Below are positions 29,091 to 38,937 of a stretch of DNA of 64,000 nucleotides, in pieces. Position numbers and translations under genes: made by a program. Every line of letters begins with the position of its first letter. The first letter of the stretch is position 1. This stretch comes from Candidatus Sericytochromatia bacterium (GTDB lineage Bacteria; Cyanobacteriota; Sericytochromatia; S15B-MN24; UBA4093), in NCBI GenBank assembly GCA_036676495.1, contig JAKFCT010000014.1, positions 32,001 to 96,000 of the forward strand, in the 5' to 3' direction. The notes below the pieces were generated by a model. The model did not search any database. It was not told where the DNA came from and worked only from the letters and a program-made list of their open reading frames with translations.

Positions 29091-29915
29091 TCAGCTCAGG
29101 GCGTTGGCCAGGGTGGCGAACTCGTCGAGACTGAGGGTTTCGCCGCGCCGCGTCAGGCTCACCCCGGTGGCGGCCTCGGCCTCGCGGAGGCGGTCCTTGT
29201 CGAAGGACATCGACAGGGCGTTGAGCAAGGTCTTGCGGCGCTGGTTGAAGGCGGCGCGCACGACCCGGAAGAAAACCCGCGGCTCCCGGACGTCGATGGC
29301 GGGCGCTTGGCGCGGGCGGATCCGGATCACCTTGGAGTCGACCTTAGGGGCCGGCTTGAAAGCCGTGCGAGGCACCTTGACGACGGTCTCGACCGTGGCG
29401 GCGTATTGGACCAGCACGGTGATCGAGCCGTAATCCTTGGTGCCGGGCCTGGCGCTGAGGCGATCGGCCACCTCGGCCTGGACCATGAGCAGGATGTCCG
29501 AGACCCGGCCCGTGAGCGCGGAGAACGGCTTGGTGCTGAGCTCTTCCTCGTGAAGCAATTTCAACAAGATCGGCGTGGTGATGTAGTACGGGATGTTGGC
29601 GACCACCTTGGTGCCGGTCTCGGGCAGGCCGAGGTCCTCCCAGGAGACCTTGAGGAAGTCGGACCAGACGATTTCGAGGTTCGGGAACTCGCGTTGCAGG
29701 GGCTCCAGGATGGGGACGAGGTCCCGGTCCAGTTCGACGGCCACGACCTTGCCGGCATGTCCGGCGAGCTCCCGGGTGAGGACTCCCTGTCCCGGACCGA
29801 TCTCGAGGACGCGGTCCTCTTTCGAGAGGTCGGCGGCGTCGACGATGGCTTCCAGGATCCGCCGATCCGAGAGGAAGTTCTGCCCCAGGCGCTTCTTGGC
29901 GCGGAACTGGCTCAT
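29091..29915 (-). CDS. rsmA: 16S rRNA dimethyladenosine transferase
   Basis: KKRLGQNFL, EIGPGQG, ANIPYYITTP, F.PAPKVDS, QRRKTL.N. Confidence 0.96.
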   Translation of the reverse strand: MSQFRAKKRLGQNFLSDRRILEAIVDAADLSKEDRVLEIGPGQGVLTRELAGHAGKVVAVELDRDLVPILEPLQREFPNLEIVWSDFLKVSWEDLGLPETGTKVVANIPYYITTPILLKLLHEEELSTKPFSALTGRVSDILLMVQAEVADRLSARPGTKDYGSITVLVQYAATVETVVKVPRTAFKPAPKVDSKVIRIRPRQAPAIDVREPRVFFRVVRAAFNQRRKTLLNALSMSFDKDRLREAEAATGVSLTRRGETLSLDEFATLANALS

Positions 29916-30529
29916 TTCTTGCGCTCCATGCGGGGTTCGGTCCCCTCGCGAAGGCGCCGGATATTCTCGCGGTGCCGGATGATGACGTAAAGGGAGACGA
30001 CGGCCGCGAAGGCCACGACTTCCAGCGATTGGCGCGTGAGCAGCATCAAGGCGGGAAGGGCGAGGGCCGCGGCGATCGACGCCAAGGAGACGATCCGGCT
30101 GAGGCTGAAGACCAGCGCCCAGACCAGCAGCGCTCCAAGGCCGGCCAACGGAGCCATCGCGACGATGGTCCCGGCCCCGGTCGCCACGGATTTCCCGCCC
30201 GTGAAGCGCAGGAAGACCGAGCGGCTATGGCCGAGGATGGTGGCGGCTGCGGCGAGCAGGATGCCCCAGCGGGGCAAGCCCAGAAACAGCGCCGCCGAGA
30301 CCGGCAGGACTCCCTTGAGGAAGTCCAGGGCGAAGCAGAAGAGGCCGGGGCCGCGGCCCAGGACTCTCACCACGTTGGTGGCCCCGACGTTGCCGCTGCC
30401 GTGCTGGCGAATATCCACCCCGTGCATGCGTCCGATCAGGAGCGCGAACGGGATGGATCCCAGCAGGTAGGCCGCGAGGGCGAGGGCGATCGCCAACGCG
30501 TCCGGAGTGAGCGGGAGGCCCGCTGCCAT
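29912..30529 (-). CDS. plsY: Glycerol-3-phosphate acyltransferase PlsY
   Basis: YLLGSIP, GSGNVGATN, GGKSVAT, RHRENIRRL. Confidence 0.96.
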   Translation of the reverse strand: MAAGLPLTPDALAIALALAAYLLGSIPFALLIGRMHGVDIRQHGSGNVGATNVVRVLGRGPGLFCFALDFLKGVLPVSAALFLGLPRWGILLAAAATILGHSRSVFLRFTGGKSVATGAGTIVAMAPLAGLGALLVWALVFSLSRIVSLASIAAALALPALMLLTRQSLEVVAFAAVVSLYVIIRHRENIRRLREGTEPRMERKK

Positions 30530-30532
30530 CGC

Positions 30533-31858
30533 TTAGCCGCGCTCCCGGCGGGCGCGGAACCAGAGGCGGATCGGAGTGCCCTCGAACCCGAAGGCCTCGC
30601 GAATCTTGTTCTCGAGGTAGCGCCGGTAGTGGTCGCTGACGAGCGTCGGATCGTTGCAGGACATCGCGAAGGTCGGAGGGTTGGTTTTGATCTGCGAGGA
30701 GTAGTAGACCCGCAGGCGGCGGCCCTTGACCGATGGAGGCGGCGTGAGGGTGAGGGCCTCGGTGATGACCTCGTTGAGGACGCCCGTGGTGATCCGGCGG
30801 GCGCTGGACTCGGCCGCGAGCAAGGCGGATTCGAGCACCTGGGTGACGCGCTGGCCGGTCTTGGCCGAGATGAAGACCACCGGAGCCCAGCGGACGTAGT
30901 AGAGGTCGTCGAGCAGCTGCTTGCGGTAGGCGGACATGGTGTGGGAGTCCTTGGAGACCAGGTCCCACTTGTTGACCGCGATCACGACGGCCTTGCCCGA
31001 ATCCTCGGCCATGCCGGCGATGCGCTGGTCCTGCTCGGTGACGCCGTCGACGGCGTCGATCAGCATGACGACGACGTCGGCGCGGTCCATGGCCTTGAGC
31101 GAGCGCACGACCGAGAAGCCCTCGACCCCGAAGCCGACCTTGCTCTTGCGGCGGATGCCCGCGGTGTCGACCAGCAGGAAGTCTTGTTCTTGCCAGTGGA
31201 GGCGGGTGTCGACGGCGTCGCGGGTGGTGCCCGAGACCTCGGAGACGATCATCCGCTCCTCGCCCAGGAGGGCGTTGGTGAGGGAGGACTTGCCGACGTT
31301 GGGACGGCCGACGAAGGCGATCTTGAGCTCGGTGTCCAGGTCCTCGGCTTCGGTCTTGGGCGGGAAGGTGTTCACGATGACGTCGAGCAGGTCACCGATC
31401 CCGTGGCCGTGCATGGCCGAGATGGGGTGGGGCTCGCCGATGCCCAGGGCGTAAAACTCCATGGCCTTGGGGTCGTCCTCGACCTTGTCGAGCTTGTTGA
31501 CCGCGATGAGCACGGGTTTCTTGGTGGTGCGCAGCTTGTTGGCGATGTCGTCATCGACCGGGGTGACCCCGGCGTCGCCATCGACGACGAAGATGATGAG
31601 ATCGGCTTCTTCCATGGCGGCCTGGGCCTGCTTCTCGATGGATTGCAGCAGCTCCTCGTCGGAGCCCGGCACGATCCCGCCCGTGTCGACGACGATGAAG
31701 TCACGGCCGTTCCAGTCGGTGCGCAGGTAGAGGCGGTCCCGGGTGACGCCGGGCTGGTCGTAGACGATGGCCTCGCGGGAGCCCACCAGACGGTTGATGA
31801 AGGTCGATTTGCCGACGTTGGGACGACCCACGATGGCGACGACCGGAAGGTTCTTCAT
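30533..31858 (-). CDS. der: Ribosome biogenesis GTPase Der (EngA)
   Basis: Two GRPNVGKS P-loops, DTGG/DTAG, NKLD/NKWD, C-terminal KH-like domain. Confidence 0.97.
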   Translation of the reverse strand: MKNLPVVAIVGRPNVGKSTFINRLVGSREAIVYDQPGVTRDRLYLRTDWNGRDFIVVDTGGIVPGSDEELLQSIEKQAQAAMEEADLIIFVVDGDAGVTPVDDDIANKLRTTKKPVLIAVNKLDKVEDDPKAMEFYALGIGEPHPISAMHGHGIGDLLDVIVNTFPPKTEAEDLDTELKIAFVGRPNVGKSSLTNALLGEERMIVSEVSGTTRDAVDTRLHWQEQDFLLVDTAGIRRKSKVGFGVEGFSVVRSLKAMDRADVVVMLIDAVDGVTEQDQRIAGMAEDSGKAVVIAVNKWDLVSKDSHTMSAYRKQLLDDLYYVRWAPVVFISAKTGQRVTQVLESALLAAESSARRITTGVLNEVITEALTLTPPPSVKGRRLRVYYSSQIKTNPPTFAMSCNDPTLVSDHYRRYLENKIREAFGFEGTPIRLWFRARRERG

Positions 31859-32952
31859 TGGATGACCTCAAAGGGTTCGGGCTCGGAAAAGCCCAGGATC
31901 GGGATGGCTGCGGGAAGGTGGGGCCGGAGGGCGTCGACCAGGAAATCGACGACGGGCTGCTCGGTCGCCTGGTGACCAGCCTCGATGACGGTGAGGCCGC
32001 GGTCCAGGCAATCGAGAGCCGTGTGGTAACGCAGCTCTCCGGTGATGAAGCATTCGACGCCCTGCTTGATGGCGTCATAGGCGAGATCGCCGCCGGCGCC
32101 GGAGCAGACTCCGATGCGGCGGACCTGACGGCGGGAGTCGCCGACGAGCCGGAGGCTGCGCGGGGCGATCGCCCGCTTGACGCGCTCCAGTACCTCGGAC
32201 ACCGCCATGGCCTCGGGAAGCTCTCCCCAGAGGCCGATCCCCAAGGGCTCTCCGGGCGTTTCGAGGCGGATCACATCGACGATCGGCTCTTCGTACGGAT
32301 GCTGGGCACGCATCGCAGCCTTGACGGCCGCGAGGACGGATCCCTTGACCAGGACCTCGGCCCGCACGAGCGGCTGGCGCGTCGCCTCCAAGAGGGCCCC
32401 TTCGGCAGGATGGCTTCCCGGCAGCGGGCGGAAGGTGGCCTCTCCTTGCATGAGGAAGCTGGCTTGATCGTAGGCCTTAGAGCGGCCCGCGCCGGCGTCC
32501 CACATGGCGCGCAGGACGCGCTCGGCCGCTTCGGGGGGAACCCCCACGCCCATGCGGTAGAGGGGGTCCTGCCCCGTGATCTCGAGGGGGCGGTCCATGG
32601 GGATCCCGAAGAGCTTGGAGAGGTGGTGGTTGCAGGCCGTCGCGTCCAGGTTGGTATGGGCGGCGTAGACGGTGATGCCGTGGCGCATCGCCAGGGCCGC
32701 CGACCGGCCCGGATCGTGGCGCGTGTCGATCACCTTGGTGGCCTTGAAGAGCAAGGGGTGATGCGCCACCAGCAGGTTCGCCCCCTGGGCGATCGCCGCC
32801 TCGAGCGCGGGCGTGGACGGGTTGACCGACACGACGACGCCTTTGAGCGGCTCGTCGGGGGAGCCGATCTGCAAGCCGCAATTGTCCCAGTTGGCGGCGC
32901 GCGACAAGGGCGCCAGGGCCTCGATACGGCCCAAGAGGTCTCGAATGTACAT
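31855..32952 (-). CDS. Nif3-like dinuclear metal protein (YqfO type with PII-like insert)
   Basis: WDNCGL, HHPLLF, HTNLD, AGAG, HPYEEP, GSGAG-like, GH.ATE. Confidence 0.92.
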   Translation of the reverse strand: MYIRDLLGRIEALAPLSRAANWDNCGLQIGSPDEPLKGVVVSVNPSTPALEAAIAQGANLLVAHHPLLFKATKVIDTRHDPGRSAALAMRHGITVYAAHTNLDATACNHHLSKLFGIPMDRPLEITGQDPLYRMGVGVPPEAAERVLRAMWDAGAGRSKAYDQASFLMQGEATFRPLPGSHPAEGALLEATRQPLVRAEVLVKGSVLAAVKAAMRAQHPYEEPIVDVIRLETPGEPLGIGLWGELPEAMAVSEVLERVKRAIAPRSLRLVGDSRRQVRRIGVCSGAGGDLAYDAIKQGVECFITGELRYHTALDCLDRGLTVIEAGHQATEQPVVDFLVDALRPHLPAAIPILGFSEPEPFEVIQ

Positions 32953-33196
32953 GAATGAGGGTCCGAGCTAGCGGGGATACCCCCGTATGATACCACATGC
33001 CCGAACTTCCCCCTCCCGCCGCCCGGAATCCTCACGTCATGAGGGCCTCGGAAGGGCTGAATCGTGGGAGAGTCATGCTATACTGAGTGACGTTCCGCCG
33101 TTCAGTGATTTTAGCCGTCATCCGTCGCCTTCCGTGCGCCAGTGCCGGGCTCCTGATGGGGCGGGTCCCCACCCCGGCGCAGCCTGAGGAGTTCGG

Positions 33197-34543
33197 ATGC
33201 CCCTTGCCAAAACCAGCATGAACCAGGTGATTCACCCGGTGACGGCCCGCGTCAACGCGGAAGGCCGCTGGGAAATCGGCGGCTCCGACCTCGCGGAACT
33301 GGTCAAGACCTACGGCTCGCCCCTTTACGTCCTCGACGAGGCCACCATCCAGGGAGCCTGCCGGGCCTACCTGCAAGCCGTGCGCGAGCATTACCCCGGC
33401 CCGTCGGAAGTCCTCTACGCGAGCAAGGCCCTCTGCAACATGGCCGTCAACCGCCTCATCCATGAGGAAGGCCTCGCCACCGAGGTGGTCTCCGGAGGCG
33501 AGCTCTTCACGGTCCTGCGCGCGGGCATCCCCGCCGAGACCATCTACTTCCAGGGCAACAACAAGAGCGTCGAAGAGCTGCGCTATGCCCTCAAGGAGGG
33601 AGTCGGCCGCTTCATCGTCGACAACCTCGACGAACTCGACCTGCTCTCGGCCATGGCCGAGGAGATCGGCGTCAGCCCCAACCTCCTCCTCCGGGTCACC
33701 CCCGGCATCGAGGCCCATACCCACGAGTTCATCCGGACGGGCGAAATCGACTCCAAGTTCGGCCTCGATCTTCCCGGCCAGCTCGAAGAGGCCATGCGCC
33801 GCATCATCCGCCGGCCGCTGTTGCGCTTCCGGGGCCTGCATGCGCATATCGGCTCGCAGATCTTCGATATCGAGCCCTTCGTGGCGACCGTGGAGGTCCT
33901 GCTGGACCTGAGCGCCCAGCTGGAGCGCGACTACGGCCTCAAGGTCGAGGAACTCGACGTCGGGGGCGGCCTGGGCATCGCGTACGAGCCCGGAGACGAT
34001 CCCCCCAGCATCTCCGCGACCATCGAGGCCATCTCGCTTGCGATGGTCCGCGGTGCCTCCGAGCGCGGGCTCTCCCTGCCCAAGCTGATCATCGAGCCGG
34101 GACGCTCCATCGTCGGCACCGCGGGGGTCACCCTCTACACCGTCGGCGCGCGCAAGGAGATTCCGAACGTCCGCACCTACGTCGCCGTCGACGGCGGCAT
34201 GCCCGACAACCCGCGGGTCGTGACCTATGGCGCCCGCTATTCGGCGGATCGCGTGGTCGTCGGCGAGCCCCAGGAACTGGTCACCATCGCCGGCAAGTGC
34301 TGCGAGTCGGGAGACATCCTGATCAAGGACATCCGCTTGCCCAAGCTCACGGCAGGAGACCACCTGGTCGTCTGGGACACGGGAGCGTACTGCTTCTCGA
34401 TGGCCTCCAACTACAACCGCCTGCCCAGGCCTGCGATGGTCCTGGTCGCCGAAGGTCACCCCGAGTTGATTCGCGAGCGGGAGACCTTTGCCGACGTGGT
34501 CTCGCGTGATCGGCTGCCCAACCGGCTCGGAGGTCAACGGTGA
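33197..34543 (+). CDS. lysA: Diaminopimelate decarboxylase
   Basis: YASKA (PLP Lys), SKFG, HIGSQ, GGGLG, EPGRS, CESGD, GAY..SM.SNYN. Confidence 0.96.
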   Translation: MPLAKTSMNQVIHPVTARVNAEGRWEIGGSDLAELVKTYGSPLYVLDEATIQGACRAYLQAVREHYPGPSEVLYASKALCNMAVNRLIHEEGLATEVVSGGELFTVLRAGIPAETIYFQGNNKSVEELRYALKEGVGRFIVDNLDELDLLSAMAEEIGVSPNLLLRVTPGIEAHTHEFIRTGEIDSKFGLDLPGQLEEAMRRIIRRPLLRFRGLHAHIGSQIFDIEPFVATVEVLLDLSAQLERDYGLKVEELDVGGGLGIAYEPGDDPPSISATIEAISLAMVRGASERGLSLPKLIIEPGRSIVGTAGVTLYTVGARKEIPNVRTYVAVDGGMPDNPRVVTYGARYSADRVVVGEPQELVTIAGKCCESGDILIKDIRLPKLTAGDHLVVWDTGAYCFSMASNYNRLPRPAMVLVAEGHPELIRERETFADVVSRDRLPNRLGGQR

Positions 34544-35388
34544 CCTACTGGTTGGAAGTCATCCGCCAATTCGTCGAGAACCTGCGCTGGCAGGATCTGC
34601 TCGACATCCTTTTGGTCAGCTTCATCCTTTACCGCCTCTTTCTGCTGATCAAGGGGACGCGCGCCGTCCAGCTGCTGCGTGGCATGCTGATGCTCCTCGT
34701 CGCCTACCTCGTGAGCCGCGCCCTGGGCCTTAATACCATTACATGGCTGGTTCAGAGCGCCGCGACCATGATCCTGGTCGCCATTCCGGTCGTCTTCCAG
34801 CCCGAGCTGCGGCGTGCGCTGTCGCTCTTGGGCCAGGGCGAACTCTTCCGCGGGGAGCTTTTCAACGGCAAGGCCCCGGATCCCGGCAAGGTCATCGACG
34901 AGATCATCCTCGCCGTCCGCCAGCTCAGCTCCCGGAAGATCGGCGCGCTCATCATCCTCGAGCGCCAGACCGGCCTCCAGGAATTCATCGAGACCGGCAC
35001 GCCGCTCCAGGCCCTGGTCAGCTCGGACCTGCTCACGAGCATCTTCAACACCCAGTCCCCGCTTCACGATGGGGCCATCATCATTCGCGGGGACCGGATC
35101 GCCGCCGCGGGATCCCTCCTGCCCCTGTCCGAGAGCTTCCGCCGGACCCACAAGCGCCCCATCGGCACCCGCCACCGGGCGGCCCTGGGCCTCACCGAAA
35201 CCACGGACGCCATTGCCGTGGTCGTCTCCGAGGAGACGGGAGTCATCTCCGTGGCGCACATGGGCCAACTGCAGCGTCACCTCACCGAAGACGACCTGCG
35301 GGTCGTGCTTTCGGGCATGGTGCAGGCCCCCAAGTCGGCCACCATGAACCTCAACCTCAATAACCTCTTCCTCTTCCGCAAGTCGTGA
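34540..35388 (+). CDS. cdaA: Diadenylate cyclase CdaA (DacA)
   Basis: Three N-terminal TMs, VFQPELRR, LHDGA, GTRHRAA, VSEETG. Confidence 0.95.
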   Translation: MTYWLEVIRQFVENLRWQDLLDILLVSFILYRLFLLIKGTRAVQLLRGMLMLLVAYLVSRALGLNTITWLVQSAATMILVAIPVVFQPELRRALSLLGQGELFRGELFNGKAPDPGKVIDEIILAVRQLSSRKIGALIILERQTGLQEFIETGTPLQALVSSDLLTSIFNTQSPLHDGAIIIRGDRIAAAGSLLPLSESFRRTHKRPIGTRHRAALGLTETTDAIAVVVSEETGVISVAHMGQLQRHLTEDDLRVVLSGMVQAPKSATMNLNLNNLFLFRKS

Positions 35389-35395
35389 TCGCCCC

Positions 35396-35767
35396 ATGAC
35401 CCGATTGTTGGCACGTGACGAAAGTAACTCCGGCCTGCGCGTCATCGCGGTGCTGATGGCGATCGCCCTCTGGCTCTTCGTGGGCCCTTGGCAGCGCATC
35501 GAGACCGGCGTGCGCAAGATCTCGCTGCCCATCGAGGTCAAGAACGTGAGGGCCGCCGAACCCGTCCGGCTCGATCCCGCCCGGGCGGAAGTCACCATCG
35601 AGGGTCCGCGCAAAGCCATCGAGCACCTCGAGGAGGGCCAGCTGGAAGCCTTCGTCGATTTGCGCCACCGGGATCGCGGCATGTCGCGCTATCCCGTCCA
35701 CGTATCGGTCCCCCCGGGCGTCCGGTACCAGGTCAGTCCTTCCGAAGTCCACGTCGTTACCCCGTAG
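35396..35767 (+). CDS. CdaR/YbbR-like protein (single YbbR domain)
   Basis: TM (LRVIAVLMAIALWLFV) followed by a beta-rich V.IEGP...AFVDL...YPV.V..P.GV segment; directly after cdaA. Confidence 0.72.
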   Translation: MTRLLARDESNSGLRVIAVLMAIALWLFVGPWQRIETGVRKISLPIEVKNVRAAEPVRLDPARAEVTIEGPRKAIEHLEEGQLEAFVDLRHRDRGMSRYPVHVSVPPGVRYQVSPSEVHVVTP

Positions 35768-35791
35768 CCGCCCCACCCTGTTGGAGTCGAG

Positions 35792-36559
35792 ATGTCATCT
35801 AAAGTTAGCAAAGTCGAGGAACTGAGCCGCTGGGACGGGCTCGATCGAGCCCGCCTGCCCCGCCACGTCGCCGTGATCATGGACGGGAATCGCCGCTGGG
35901 CCCTCAACCGGCTCCTTCCCGGAAAACTGGGGCACAAGGCGGGAGTGGAGACCCTGCGTGAAACCGTTCGCTACTGCCTCGAACTGAAAATCCCTTACCT
36001 CACGGTCTATGCCTTCTCGACCGAGAACTGGTCGCGCTCCGACGACGAGGTCACCTACCTCTGGGACCTCTTCAGCGAAGCCTTGACCAAGGAAGTGGAA
36101 TCCCTCCACGGCAACGGCGTGCGGATGCGGTTCATCGGGCAGATCGACGAGCTCGATCCGCGCCTCCAGGAGGCGATCGCCCGGGCGGAAGCCATCACGG
36201 CCGGAAACACCAACCTGGTCCTCAACATCGCCCTCAATTACGGCGGCCGCCGGGAAATCCTCGAGATGGTCAAGCAGATTGCCATGGAGGCGAAGGAAGG
36301 CGCGCTCGATCCTTCCCGCTTGACCGAGGGAGACCTCGCGGACTACTTCTACACCGCCGGCCAACCCGATCCCGACCTCTTGATCCGCACCAGCGGCGAG
36401 AACCGGATCAGCAACTACCTGCTCTGGCAGCTGGCCTACACCGAGATCTACGTCACCCCGACCTTCTGGCCCGACTTCCGCCGAGGCGACTTCCATGCCG
36501 CCCTGGTGGATTACCAGAGCCGCCAGCGCCGCTACGGGGGGCGCCCCGACAAGGCATGA
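35792..36559 (+). CDS. uppS: Undecaprenyl diphosphate synthase
   Basis: HVAVIMDGNRRWA, YAFSTENW, NYGGR, IRTSGE.RISNYLLWQ.AY.E. Confidence 0.97.
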   Translation: MSSKVSKVEELSRWDGLDRARLPRHVAVIMDGNRRWALNRLLPGKLGHKAGVETLRETVRYCLELKIPYLTVYAFSTENWSRSDDEVTYLWDLFSEALTKEVESLHGNGVRMRFIGQIDELDPRLQEAIARAEAITAGNTNLVLNIALNYGGRREILEMVKQIAMEAKEGALDPSRLTEGDLADYFYTAGQPDPDLLIRTSGENRISNYLLWQLAYTEIYVTPTFWPDFRRGDFHAALVDYQSRQRRYGGRPDKA

Positions 36560-37560
36560 TCCCCGCCTTTACCCTCGTCTGGGGAGACGATACCCACAAG
36601 CAGCGCCAGTTCGAAGAGGCCTTCGCCGCCAAGGTCGTCGATCCCGGCTTCGCGGCGATGAACCTGCAGGTGATCGACGGAGACGCCGATGCCAGCATGG
36701 TCGCCGCTTCGGCCTCCACGCCCCCCTTCGGGCCTGGAGGCCGCCTGGTCGTCGTTAGAAACTGCCGCTTCTTCTCGGGACGCAAGAAAGAGGAAGAGGA
36801 GGGGGAATCCGCCGAGGAGTCCGACGGTAGTCCGCTCGCAACCCTCTTCGAGCAAGGGCTTCCCCCGGGATGCCACTTGCTGCTCATCGTCGAAGGCAAG
36901 TTGGACAAACGAAAGGCCCTCACCAAGGTCGCCGTCGCCAAGGCCACGGTGCGGGAGTTCTCGCTGACCGACACGCCGTGGGATCAGTCCGGCTCCGCCA
37001 CCTGGATCTCCGAGTACGCCCAGCAGCTGGGGGTGGGGATCCACCCGGACGCCATCAAGGCCCTGATTGCCGCGACCTCGGGCGATCGCTGGAGACTGAC
37101 GAGCGAGCTTTCCAAGCTGGCGCTCTACACGGAGGGCCAGCCCATCACCATGCAGGCGGTCCTGACCATGTCGGCGCCCAGCGAGGCGGATATCTTCGCG
37201 GTGCTCGATACCCTGGCCCAGCGGGACGCGCTGGGCACCATCAAGGGCTTCCAGCGCCTGCTCACCCTGGACAAGCCGGAACGGGTCCTGGCCACCCTCT
37301 CGACGATGATCCGGGGCTGGCACAAGGCCAAGCACCTTTCCGAGCGCGGGCTCGACTCCATGGCGCTCGCCCAGGAGATGGGCTGGAAACCCGGACGCGT
37401 CCCCCATGAGCTGGCCCGCCTCAAGCGCTGGAACTCGGCGCAGCTTCAGCAGGCCCTCGTCGCCCTCCTGGATGCCGAGCTGGCCATCAAGACCGGCCGC
37501 GGACGCGACCAATTGGCCCTCACCTTCGAGGTCATGGTCGCCCGAATGCTCAATGCCTGA
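36556..37560 (+). CDS. holA: DNA polymerase III delta subunit
   Basis: LVWGDD, TPPFG.G.RLVVV, KLDKRK, SELSKLALY, ELAIKTG. Confidence 0.88.
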   Translation: MIPAFTLVWGDDTHKQRQFEEAFAAKVVDPGFAAMNLQVIDGDADASMVAASASTPPFGPGGRLVVVRNCRFFSGRKKEEEEGESAEESDGSPLATLFEQGLPPGCHLLLIVEGKLDKRKALTKVAVAKATVREFSLTDTPWDQSGSATWISEYAQQLGVGIHPDAIKALIAATSGDRWRLTSELSKLALYTEGQPITMQAVLTMSAPSEADIFAVLDTLAQRDALGTIKGFQRLLTLDKPERVLATLSTMIRGWHKAKHLSERGLDSMALAQEMGWKPGRVPHELARLKRWNSAQLQQALVALLDAELAIKTGRGRDQLALTFEVMVARMLNA

Positions 37561-37613
37561 TCGTTCAAGCAGAAGGCCCTCCGGTTCAACCGGAGGGCCT
37601 TCTGCTTGAACGA
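37561..37613. terminator. Long perfect inverted repeat / bidirectional terminator
   Basis: 26-bp arms TCGTTCAAGCAGAAGGCCCTCCGGTT-c-AACCGGAGGGCCTTCTGCTTGAACGA, starting at the base after the holA stop, between convergent genes. Confidence 0.7.
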
Positions 37614-37666
37614 GGAACGGGAGCTTGTTAACCGAGTCAGGGGCTCGCCAGGTTTTCGAGTTGGGC

Positions 37667-38473
37667 TTACATTCCGGCCGCGAGCGAGACGTTCGACTGG
37701 CTCACCTTGCGCTTCTGGACGGTGATCTTGGCGACTCCGTTGCGGGCATAACCGGCGAGAGCGACTTCCAGGGTGTAGTCGCCAGGGGCCAGACGGGTGA
37801 GGCTGAACGAGCCGTCCCGGCGCGAGGTGACCCGGTAGAGGCGGCCGTTGGATAGCGAACGGGCCGTGATATTGGCTTCGTCCAGGGTCTGCATGGTCCG
37901 GGCGTCATAGATCTTGCCCTTGATCTTGCCGGTGTTGAGCAGGTCGGAGATCAGCGAGAGCGAGGGAATCTGGAAGGCGCGGGTGAGGGTGACGGTTTGC
38001 TTGTCCTCGGTCTTACCGCGGATGATGACGCGCTTGTTCAGGAGCTTGGCGAGCTTCATGCCCATCTTCTCGCTGGAAGCCACCAGGGGGAACGAGAGGT
38101 CCTGCTTCTTGAAGAAGCCCTTCTTCACCTGGAGGAAGAACTTGCCGTCCTCGACGGAGCGCACGTAACCGATCTTGGTGGTGGATTTGCCGGCGATCGC
38201 CGCCGCATCGAGGATCTCATCGGACGCGCCCGCCTCCTGCTCGTCGGAAGCGATGCCGAAGTCCTCGTCGTCGAGCTCCTCCAGCGGCAGCAGATCCAGG
38301 AGGCCTCCGTCATTGAAGGACTTGATCTGGAGCGCTTCCTGATCGGACATGTCCGTGAGTGCGGTGTTGCTGCGCGTGGCGTACGAAGCCGTGCCGGGGG
38401 TTCCACAGCCGACCAGTCCTGCGGTGAGCGTCATCGCCACCACGAGGTGCAAAACGCCTTTGAATGCTCTCAT
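37667..38473 (-). CDS. Lipoprotein with a C-terminal carboxypeptidase-regulatory-like (beta-sandwich) domain
   Basis: Lipobox LVGC; C-terminal GKIKGKIYDA...DGSFSL..LAPGDYTLEV...GY. Confidence 0.75.
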   Translation of the reverse strand: MRAFKGVLHLVVAMTLTAGLVGCGTPGTASYATRSNTALTDMSDQEALQIKSFNDGGLLDLLPLEELDDEDFGIASDEQEAGASDEILDAAAIAGKSTTKIGYVRSVEDGKFFLQVKKGFFKKQDLSFPLVASSEKMGMKLAKLLNKRVIIRGKTEDKQTVTLTRAFQIPSLSLISDLLNTGKIKGKIYDARTMQTLDEANITARSLSNGRLYRVTSRRDGSFSLTRLAPGDYTLEVALAGYARNGVAKITVQKRKVSQSNVSLAAGM

Positions 38474-38594
38474 CCCGTCCTCCTTAGCAAGCCCTTGAAA
38501 ACATGGTGTTAAGTGCTTTATCGGGCCGCGGCCCGCGGAGACGGTAAAACCCAAGCTAAGCTTGGGTTAAGAAAAGACTATGAATTTGCCCTAT

Positions 38595-38648
38595 AAACAG
38601 CATCAAGGACCTGCCTGAGAGGTCGCAGGTCCTTGCGCAGAGCTGTTT
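38595..38648 (-). terminator. Hairpin downstream of rpsT
   Basis: CAAGGACCTGC / GCAGGTCCTTG stem, flanked by AAACAGC / GCTGTTT. Confidence 0.5.
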
Positions 38649-38661
38649 GAAACGGGAAGCG

Positions 38662-38937
38662 TTAGGCGTTGGCCGTCGCTGCGTTGACCGCCTTGACCAA
38701 CCGCGACTTGCGGCGGGCAGCGGTGTTGGGGTGGATGACACCCTTACGGACCGCGCGATCGATGGTGCTGATCGCCTTGCGGAGAGACTCAACGGTCTGA
38801 GCCTGATCCTCGGTCTTCATCGCCTCGTGAACGCGCTTGAAGCGGGTCTTGACCTCCGACTTCACGGCAACGTTCCGAAGACGGTTACGCTCGGCAATAA
38901 GGACGCGCTTGATACCGGACTTGATTCGATTCGCCAT
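38662..38937 (-). CDS. rpsT: 30S ribosomal protein S20
   Basis: MANRIKSGIKR..., IDRAVRKGVIHPNTAARRKSRL; GGAGGT RBS. Confidence 0.97.
   Translation of the reverse strand: MANRIKSGIKRVLIAERNRLRNVAVKSEVKTRFKRVHEAMKTEDQAQTVESLRKAISTIDRAVRKGVIHPNTAARRKSRLVKAVNAATANA

Noticed and set aside
33079-33196. Possible lysine riboswitch upstream of lysA
   Set aside because: Only about 100 nt lie between the TATACT -10-like element and the RBS, and I see no L-box consensus.
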